NCBI GenBank assembly: GCA_964549355.1
Contig: CAZJUS010000027.1
Location: 1 to 11,026, forward strand
Direction: 5' to 3'
Source: Candidatus Undinarchaeota archaeon
GTDB taxonomy: Archaea > SpSt-1190
Length of the DNA: 11,026 nt
Each line of letters starts with the position of its first letter. Position 1 is the first letter of the stretch. The notes below the pieces were generated by a model. The model searched no databases. It was not told the DNA's origin and saw only the letters and a list, made by a program, of their open reading frames with translations. The position numbers and the translations under genes are program-made. Positions 1 through 6,098 of the stretch are shown piece by piece.

Positions 1-39
1 CCCACTCAAGCACCAAAAGATATGCCAACGGTTGAATAA
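1..39 (+). CDS. Possible 3' end of an upstream CDS (…PTQAPKDMPTVE*), truncated by the window edge
   Basis: Frame +1 is open from base 1 to TAA at 37-39, followed by AT-rich intergenic-looking sequence. Too short to identify. Confidence 0.25.
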   Translation, partial: PTQAPKDMPTVE

Positions 40-174
40 AAGACTTGTGAATATTAATTTTAGCGCTAAATAATTAACTCATTTATTATGCCTGTGAAGA
101 ATGCAGACTGGATGAAATCCCTCACCCAAAAACCAGATAGAGTTCATAAAAAACTTAACCTTTTGAATGAGTAA

Positions 175-184
175 CTTTGATAAA
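175..184 (+). promoter_or_regulatory. Candidate TATA-like box for the tRNA gene
   Basis: CTTTGATAAA lies 25-34 nt upstream of the mature tRNA 5' end, in AT-rich context. Imperfect consensus match. Confidence 0.3.
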
Positions 185-208
185 CTGAAAAACAATCATA
201 ATAATTGA

Positions 209-289
209 GCCAGGGTGGCGGAGTGGTTAACGCGCTGGTCTTGAAAACCAGTCCCTTTGGGGTCAGGAGTTCAAATCTCCTCCCTGGCG
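209..289 (+). tRNA. tRNA-Ser (anticodon UGA), intronless, CCA not encoded
   Basis: Acceptor stem GCCAGGG(209-215)/CCCTGGC(282-288) with discriminator G289. D stem GCG/CGC. Anticodon stem CTGGT(235-239)/ACCAG(247-251) with loop CTTGAAA (TGA at 242-244). Class II variable arm TCCCTTTGGGGTC. T arm AGGAG-TTCAAAT-CTCCT. Confidence 0.97.
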
Positions 290-292
290 AAA

Positions 293-1516
293 TCAAAACC
301 CATTGGACTTAACCGCGTTTTTCCCAAAGTCAATATATTCCTTGACCTTCTGCCTGCTCTCCGCCTCCGCCGCAATCCGGACAAACCCTTTCATGGGCTT
401 TATCCAAAGCCATCCGCCGTCAAGGAAAGCTTTCACTCCGTCCCGGAGGTCAAGCTCGTTCTCATTCAAAGCCTGCGTGGCGTTCTCAACAGCATGCTCT
501 GGATTCCCCGCCCTGACCATGACGGCATCTTCAAAGTACTGGGGCAGGGCATCGTTGAGCTCCTTGAGTCTGACTCCTTGGTCGGAGACCAAACCCAGGA
601 TTTTCATCATAAGGTAAATTGCATCGGGTGCAAAACTCCATTCACTGAAGATCACCCCCATAGTCCCGCCGCCCAGCGGGACGCCCCTTTCCTCCAAGAC
701 GCCGGCGATTGCAACTTCACTGGCCGGCAGGCGGTCCACATAGCCGACCTCGTCAAGGACGGAGCTCGCCCCCACATCAACCACCGCCCTGCGGAAGCCG
801 TTGAACTTCATGATCAGCCCGAGAGCCCTACTCGAACTCAAAAAGTGCGGGCCCGCAACAAAGCTTGCCTTGCTTCCTGAACCGTCGAAGGCCACACCCA
901 GGTCGGCCCCCGTCCTGGAGACCATATAGCGGAGGTCCTTGATATTGCTCACAGCAGGCTCATACCCCCGCAGAGGGGACGGGCTGGGCGAGCTGTTGAT
1001 TTCCAAGACCTGGCACCCCTTGGAGCGCAGGATGGCGGGGACCAAACGGCCGGTCGGTCCGTTGGCGCAGTCCACCACAATCTTCATCGGCTCAATATCA
1101 TGCTCCGCCAGAAGCTGTGAACTATAATCGGGCGACAGGTCCATCCTGCTGATACTGCCGGCGCGCACTCCATTGTAGCTGGTGCGGAGGTCGCCCTCCC
1201 AAGCACGGCCGCTGGGATTGTAAACTTTGATGCCCACATAGTCTGAAGGATAAGGGTCTGCAGAAGCATGCAGGCCCCAGATGCGCTCATCGCGGGCGGT
1301 CTTGGCAACGACGGGTGAAGGGACCGCCCCAAGGTCGACAGCATTGCAACCGGCCGACAGCAGACCTGACAACGCAGCAAGCTTGAAAGGGAAGGAGCCT
1401 GCCCGGGAATCGCACCCGACCGCAAATGCCTCCTTTGCATGGAGCCCCAACTTTGCAGAAAGCTCGGCCACATCAGCCGGCGAAACATCACGGTTGAACA
1501 CTCCTAAAAGATGCAT
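293..1516 (-). CDS. Alpha-D-phosphohexomutase (PGM/PMM/GlmM) superfamily protein, probably catalytically inactive, 407 aa
   Basis: The scaffold motifs are recognisable: VGCDSR (GxDxR), DLGAVPSP (PTP-like), YVGIK, IVVDCANG, GADLGVAFDG, PDAI, DGVK…GGWLWIKP…RIAAEA. The active-site motifs TASHNP, DxDxDR, GExSG and RPSGTEP are all substituted. Confidence 0.88.
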   Translation of the reverse strand: MHLLGVFNRDVSPADVAELSAKLGLHAKEAFAVGCDSRAGSFPFKLAALSGLLSAGCNAVDLGAVPSPVVAKTARDERIWGLHASADPYPSDYVGIKVYNPSGRAWEGDLRTSYNGVRAGSISRMDLSPDYSSQLLAEHDIEPMKIVVDCANGPTGRLVPAILRSKGCQVLEINSSPSPSPLRGYEPAVSNIKDLRYMVSRTGADLGVAFDGSGSKASFVAGPHFLSSSRALGLIMKFNGFRRAVVDVGASSVLDEVGYVDRLPASEVAIAGVLEERGVPLGGGTMGVIFSEWSFAPDAIYLMMKILGLVSDQGVRLKELNDALPQYFEDAVMVRAGNPEHAVENATQALNENELDLRDGVKAFLDGGWLWIKPMKGFVRIAAEAESRQKVKEYIDFGKNAVKSNGF

Positions 1517-1536
1517 TTCAAAGTAACAAATACGGG

Positions 1537-1550
1537 GTTATAAATTTTGG
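1537..1550 (-). promoter_or_regulatory. Archaeal BRE/TATA promoter for the PGM-like gene (probably leaderless mRNA)
   Basis: The minus strand reads CCAAAA-TTTATAAC, with the TATA 21-28 nt upstream of the ATG at 1516. No Shine-Dalgarno precedes the ATG. Confidence 0.6.
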
Positions 1551-3743
1551 CTACTCGAAGCGCTCAACAAGGGTGGCTTGATTGGATTCGCGCATAAGCC
1601 TGTAGGAAAGCCCCGTAGCAGCTTTTTCCATATCATTCTCATGGGTTATAAGAATCACCTGGTCCAAGACCTCCGGCATGCCTTCCCTGAGGACTTCAAT
1701 CAGTTTTTGGATGCCTTCAGAATCAAGATTATGGGTAGGTTCATCGAGGAGGAGGGTTCCCATTCTGCTGAGGGCCCGGGCAAAAGCCACCCGCAGGCTC
1801 AAGGAAGCCATGCTCCGTTCACCGCCGCTGGCAGAGCCGTCGACATTCACCCACCCGCCGGATTCGTGAAGCTGAAGCACATAATCGCCCGCTTTCCTGC
1901 CGTCCTCTTCAACAAAAATCCGTATCCCATCATAATCCCCGTAAGGATAAAGTCTTGACCAGATATCACTGAGCAGTTCGTTCACTACCTCCACAAATTT
2001 TCTCCGCACAAGAATCTGGACATCAATCAATGCGTTGGACAAAATTTTCAAGGCCTCAATTGCAGATTCACTTTTTTCAAGTATTTTCCCGGCTTCAATT
2101 ATTTTGTCCCTCTTCGAAGAAAGCTCCGAAAGCAGAGTCTGCTTGTCGCGGATAATCTCCGGAATTATCCTGACATTCGCCTGGACTCGTGAAAGTTCGC
2201 CAACAATTTTCTCAAGGTCCTCCCTGACTCGATGATGCTTAGCTTTGTCATAGTGAATAGATTTCAGTTTTGAATCGATGTCCTTCAATTCACTTTTAAT
2301 TACTTCAAGTTGCGCCTTCTTCTTTCTGCATTCAACAGCATTGCGGAGCTCATCCCGGCGGGCATCCTGCCTGCGGATTACTCCCTCCAGGGCTTTCAGC
2401 TCCCTCCCGGCGTCAAAAGCCTTGAGCTGCTTTATCCTGCCCTGCACCTGCTCTTTGCCGGCAACAAGCTCCTGTGCTTTTTTGATTTCAACCCTGAGCT
2501 TGTCATTTTGCTTTTGTTTTTTGTGGAGGGCCTCCAAAACAGCTTCAAAACGCCGGATTTCGGCCCCCAGCTTTTCAAGCCTGCTCTTATGCCTTTCAAT
2601 ATGCTTTGCGGGGTCTGAAATCATATGCCCGCAGACGGGGCATGTGGCAGTTGCGGTCTTCAGCTGCCTGACGGCGTCTTCGCGGGACTGCACTTCAGCC
2701 CTGAGAGCCCCTAAAGTCTCGACCGTCTCATTTATCTTGTCAGATACATCTTCAACAGGCTTCAGCAGGACAGCTTCGGCCGTTTTGATTTTTGCCTGCT
2801 TCTCCCTGAGCTCATCAAGCTCCCTTTCATTCGAAATAATTTTCGACCTGATGACCGAAAGTTTCTGCTGATTCTCCCGGAGCTCAGCTTCAAGCTTCTC
2901 AAGTTTCTTTTCAGCGCCTTCAATATCAGGCAGTTGCCTGACTTGTTTCTCAAGCAGTTGAATTTTACCCACAAATCCTTCTTTAGTTTTTTCCATAGAT
3001 TCAAGGAGGCTTCGTGAATTTTCCATGTCGTCACATGACTTCTGGAGTTTCGTTTTCTCCGCCGATAATTTCTCAAAAAGTGAATTGAGCTGTCTGAGTT
3101 CGTTCTGCTTCACCTCAATTTCTTTGGCCAGGCTGTTGATTTTTTTGTCGACCTCGTCCGTCCCTTCTTCCGCCAAAATCCGCAGGTCTTCAAGTCGTTT
3201 TTCCTGTGAACGGCGCAGGGACAAAAGGTTGCTCCGGGCTTCAGTCATCCTGTCAATTTTCAGCAGGCCGTCAATCAAACTGGTCCTGTCTCCTTTGCCG
3301 AGGCGGAGGAACTGGTCAATTTCGTTCTGCCGCGCATATACCACCTGGGTGAAGGTCATAAAATCAATTCCCAAAAGCTCCTGCACTTTTCTGGTCACCC
3401 GGGTGATGCCCTGCTCCCACAGGCGCCCTTCCTTGTAGAGCTCCGCATCCCCCTGGCCTTCCCGCACAGTCCTCCTGACAGTGTAGATGATGCCGTCAAC
3501 CTCAAATTCAACTTCAATCTCTGCACTTTCAGCCCGTTTCGGGCGCCTCATGACCAAATTCCCAATAGACAGCTTGCGACTGCGGACTTCGGGGATTTCG
3601 CCGAAGAGCCCAAATGACAGAGCTTGAAGGATGGATGACTTGCCGGAGCCCATCCTGCCGACTATCACATTGGTGCCCCGCTCAAAATCGATTTCCGTGC
3701 TGGCATGGCTTTTCCAGTTGGCCAGCTTCAGCCTCCTTATCAT
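1551..3743 (-). CDS. rad50: DNA double-strand break repair ATPase Rad50 (SMC/SbcC family), 730 aa
   Basis: MIRRLKLANWKSH N-terminus, Walker A GRMGSGKSS, Q-loop YARQNEI, long coiled coils with a central CPVC zinc hook (2631-2642), signature ASGGE, Walker B LLLDEPT and H-loop ITH. The start is reassigned to ATG 3743: GGAGG SD at 3751-3755 and an ATGA overlap with the mre11 stop. Confidence 0.96.
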   Translation of the reverse strand: MIRRLKLANWKSHASTEIDFERGTNVIVGRMGSGKSSILQALSFGLFGEIPEVRSRKLSIGNLVMRRPKRAESAEIEVEFEVDGIIYTVRRTVREGQGDAELYKEGRLWEQGITRVTRKVQELLGIDFMTFTQVVYARQNEIDQFLRLGKGDRTSLIDGLLKIDRMTEARSNLLSLRRSQEKRLEDLRILAEEGTDEVDKKINSLAKEIEVKQNELRQLNSLFEKLSAEKTKLQKSCDDMENSRSLLESMEKTKEGFVGKIQLLEKQVRQLPDIEGAEKKLEKLEAELRENQQKLSVIRSKIISNERELDELREKQAKIKTAEAVLLKPVEDVSDKINETVETLGALRAEVQSREDAVRQLKTATATCPVCGHMISDPAKHIERHKSRLEKLGAEIRRFEAVLEALHKKQKQNDKLRVEIKKAQELVAGKEQVQGRIKQLKAFDAGRELKALEGVIRRQDARRDELRNAVECRKKKAQLEVIKSELKDIDSKLKSIHYDKAKHHRVREDLEKIVGELSRVQANVRIIPEIIRDKQTLLSELSSKRDKIIEAGKILEKSESAIEALKILSNALIDVQILVRRKFVEVVNELLSDIWSRLYPYGDYDGIRIFVEEDGRKAGDYVLQLHESGGWVNVDGSASGGERSMASLSLRVAFARALSRMGTLLLDEPTHNLDSEGIQKLIEVLREGMPEVLDQVILITHENDMEKAATGLSYRLMRESNQATLVERFE

Positions 3744-4852
3744 TTTCCCGCCTCCATCAGCAGGCCCCAAATCCCGTCCCAGTTTTCTGCCATCAGGAAT
3801 GCATAAAGCTGGGATGCATCAACCTTGAGGTTGCGGGAGCCCAGGACTTTTTTGAAAGCATCCACAGTGATGCTGTTGATGTCCATGCTCTCAAGCCCCA
3901 TGCCTTCGGCAGCCGAACTGCCCTGAAGCTTTTTGTCAAAATAAACTGCAGCGCCTTCATATTCACCGCGGAGCATCAAATCACTTGGACGAAAGCCTTC
4001 CGCCAGCCTGCCGTGGACGACAACGCGGACCAACGGCTCTTCATCAAAATCCTGGGACAGCGTTTCTTCAATTTGATGCTTCACTTTTTTTACAATATCT
4101 TTCGGATCCATCCCGCCGGCATCCACCGCAATGTGAATGAAGGGGCGCGTCTTGAAAGTGAATTTTTCAAACTGGCCGTCCTCCCAAACCCAGACAAACT
4201 TTTCGGCCTCGGATTTGGCAAGGGAAGTCATGACTGTGCTTCCCGTTATCAAAAAGTTTTTCTCAAGGCGCGGTGTGTGGATGTGGCCGTCAACATAGTA
4301 GTTGAAGCCTGCCGGCAGGTCTGAAAACTCAAGCGAGTCCTTGGTCGGGATATAGGGCCGGACATTCTGGTGGAAGACAAAGAATGAAGGGTTTGAGGTC
4401 GTAGGCCTGACCTGCAGGCCCCTGAAGACTTTCGGGGCGTATGTCTCCGGCACACTGCCCACCCCAAATAATTCGGCCCCGTCAGCAACAACCCCGGAAT
4501 TGTGGAGGTAGGTCACCAGCCCGAGATGTTCGAGCAGTTTTACCGGATTGACCTCCCCCCTTATCCGCCTTTCGTGGTTGCCGTGTATGGCAATCATGCC
4601 GTTTTCAGAATCCGGGCGGTTGACGCCCCTCAGCCGGAGCTTCGGGCGGAACAGGCCAAAAATACTGGCCGCATCACGCAGGGCTTCCGGACGGGGCACC
4701 ACAGTGTCAAAAATGTCCCCTGTGTTGACCACAAGGTCGACCTTCTGCCTCTTGAGGACCCTCATGGCCCTTTCGGCCTGCCGGGCGGCCTCCCCTTTGC
4801 GCCTCCCCACCCCGAACCCCAGATGGAAATCGCCGGTGAATCCAAGCCTCAC
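3740..4852 (-). CDS. mre11: DNA double-strand break repair nuclease Mre11 (SbcD family), 370 aa
   Basis: All five metallophosphoesterase motifs are present (GDFHLG, TGDIFD, HGNHE, FHQ, GHIH), followed by a capping-domain region. Overlaps rad50 by 4 nt. GTG start, with an in-frame TAA 8 codons upstream that excludes an earlier start. Confidence 0.95.
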   Translation of the reverse strand: MRLGFTGDFHLGFGVGRRKGEAARQAERAMRVLKRQKVDLVVNTGDIFDTVVPRPEALRDAASIFGLFRPKLRLRGVNRPDSENGMIAIHGNHERRIRGEVNPVKLLEHLGLVTYLHNSGVVADGAELFGVGSVPETYAPKVFRGLQVRPTTSNPSFFVFHQNVRPYIPTKDSLEFSDLPAGFNYYVDGHIHTPRLEKNFLITGSTVMTSLAKSEAEKFVWVWEDGQFEKFTFKTRPFIHIAVDAGGMDPKDIVKKVKHQIEETLSQDFDEEPLVRVVVHGRLAEGFRPSDLMLRGEYEGAAVYFDKKLQGSSAAEGMGLESMDINSITVDAFKKVLGSRNLKVDASQLYAFLMAENWDGIWGLLMEAGK

Positions 4853-4870
4853 ATAAGGGAGGGTTTTGGA

Positions 4871-4880
4871 TATTTAAAAG
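4871..4880. promoter_or_regulatory. TATA box in the divergent mre11 / hypothetical intergenic region (possibly bidirectional)
   Basis: TATTTAAAAG contains palindromic TTTAAA. On the minus strand, TTTTAAAT is 20-27 nt upstream of the mre11 GTG. It is the only TATA-like box just upstream of the plus-strand gene's 5' region. Confidence 0.55.
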
Positions 4881-4979
4881 CAGAGCTGAGCGGGTGCCGG
4901 TGGATGCCGGATGCCGGCGACCATCAAGCAAATAAACATCGGGGCTGTTGAAATCTGGGCCGATTATGGAGGGGGGCCG

Positions 4980-5411
4980 ATGCAAAGTAAAGAAGTCTGT
5001 GCGGAAGAAATCGCAAGGATATACCAAAAAATTGCAGGGCTGTGCAGGGACATGGACCTCGCAGGCATAAAAAAATCAGGACATCTCCAGGCCCTTGCAG
5101 GAGGGCTCATTGACTTGTATGAACAGGTTGCAGGGGGGGATATCGTTGGACCTGCACATCTTTCAAACAAACTGCTGGAGATCGAAGACAAGACCAAGAA
5201 GGTGCGCGACGAAATGGACATCCCCTACACCATCTCCAAATACAGGAATATAATAATAAAAGTGGCGGGGGAGGCGGGGAAGCTGGCCAGAGCGGTCCCG
5301 CTCAAACACAACCGGAGGCTTTACTCCGACGTCATCGAAACTCTTGAGGGGCTTCCTGCAAACTACATAAGCATCCTCGACAGCTACAAGGGCTCTTCGA
5401 AACAATTATAA
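4980..5411 (+). CDS. Hypothetical protein, predicted all-alpha helical (143 aa from ATG 4980; 166 aa if ATG 4911 is used)
   Basis: The ORF fills the gap between mre11 and rpl1. GGAGG SD at 4968-4972 precedes ATG 4980. Amphipathic helical periodicity, but no recognisable family motif and no resemblance to uL11. Confidence 0.72.
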   Translation: MQSKEVCAEEIARIYQKIAGLCRDMDLAGIKKSGHLQALAGGLIDLYEQVAGGDIVGPAHLSNKLLEIEDKTKKVRDEMDIPYTISKYRNIIIKVAGEAGKLARAVPLKHNRRLYSDVIETLEGLPANYISILDSYKGSSKQL

Positions 5412-5412
5412 A
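5398..5412 (+). promoter_or_regulatory. BRE/TATA promoter of the rpl1-rpl10-rpl12 operon
   Basis: CGAAACA-ATTATAAA overlaps the upstream stop codon and predicts a TSS near 5432-5436. Confidence 0.6.
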
Positions 5413-5434
5413 CCGGCAAACAGGTAGATGAAGT

Positions 5435-5463
5435 CCCGAAATACCGCCTCGGCGGGAGGGTGA
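5435..5463 (+). promoter_or_regulatory. Putative uL1-binding autoregulatory mRNA leader overlapping the rpl1 Shine-Dalgarno
   Basis: CCC-GAAATA-CCGC-(CTCG)-GCGG-GA-GGG forms two stems flanking a 6x2 internal loop. GAAATACCGCC and GGCGGGAGG match the 23S rRNA L1-site strands GAAAUACCACC and GGUGGGAGG. SD GGAGGGTGA at 5455-5463. Confidence 0.75.
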
Positions 5464-5468
5464 AGCGA

Positions 5469-6098
5469 ATGGATTTCAAAAAAGCTATTGAAAAGGCAAA
5501 AGCCGAAGAAAACAAGCGCAATTTTAAGCAGACTGTGGAGCTGATAGTCAATCTGAAAGGGGTGGACCCCAAGAAATTTTCAATAAACGATGCCTACAAA
5601 CTGCCTGCAGGCCTGAACAAAAAACGCTTTGTCTGCGTAGTCGGCAGCGGAGATGTGGCCCTCAAAGCCAAGAAGTCGGCGGATTTGGTCATCGACAAAA
5701 AAAACCTGGCAGGCTACGCTGACAAGAAAAAAGGCAAGGAGCTGGCAAACAAGGTCGACTTCTTTGTGGTGGAAATGCCCCTGATGGCGGAATTCGCCAA
5801 GACCATGGGGACCATCCTGGGCCCGCGGGGCAAGATGCCCCTGCCCAAGCACATCATCAGTTTCGACACAGACCCCGGCAAGCTGATTGATGAGCTGAAA
5901 AACACTGTCCGCATGGTGGTGAAAAAAAGTGCGGTTGCGCAACTGGTGATTGGGGACGAAGACATGTCCAATGAAGAGCTGGCCAAGAATGCAGACTTCC
6001 TTTACGACATACTCATCCACAAACTTGAGCGTGGCGACCAGAATATCAAGAACATGTATGTCAAACTCACTATGGGGAAACCGGTGAAGGTGGAGTGA
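5469..6098 (+). CDS. rpl1: 50S ribosomal protein uL1 (archaeal type), 209 aa
   Basis: KRNFKQTVELIVNLKGVD, LGPRGKMP and C-terminal YVKLTMGKPVKV motifs. ATG 5469 is preferred over GTG 5460 because it lies 5 nt after the SD. Confidence 0.96.
   Translation: MDFKKAIEKAKAEENKRNFKQTVELIVNLKGVDPKKFSINDAYKLPAGLNKKRFVCVVGSGDVALKAKKSADLVIDKKNLAGYADKKKGKELANKVDFFVVEMPLMAEFAKTMGTILGPRGKMPLPKHIISFDTDPGKLIDELKNTVRMVVKKSAVAQLVIGDEDMSNEELAKNADFLYDILIHKLERGDQNIKNMYVKLTMGKPVKVE

Noticed and set aside
257..880. 207-aa plus-strand ORF and other ORFs overlapping the PGM-like gene
   Set aside because: The 207-aa ORF starts inside the tRNA and lies antisense to a gene with clear family motifs. These are shadow ORFs of GC-rich coding sequence.
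3744..3770. N-terminal extension MGPADGGGK of Rad50 in the ORF track
   Set aside because: It lies inside mre11. ATG 3743 has an SD, an ATGA overlap and the typical family N-terminus.
1578..4951. Plus-strand ORFs opposite rad50/mre11 (e.g. 2278-2871, 3614-4324, 4502-4951)
   Set aside because: Antisense shadows with Ser/Phe/Leu-rich composition mirroring Lys/Glu codons, and no motifs.
5460..5468. GTG 5460 as the rpl1 start
   Set aside because: This GTG is part of the SD/leader element. ATG 5469 has proper SD spacing.
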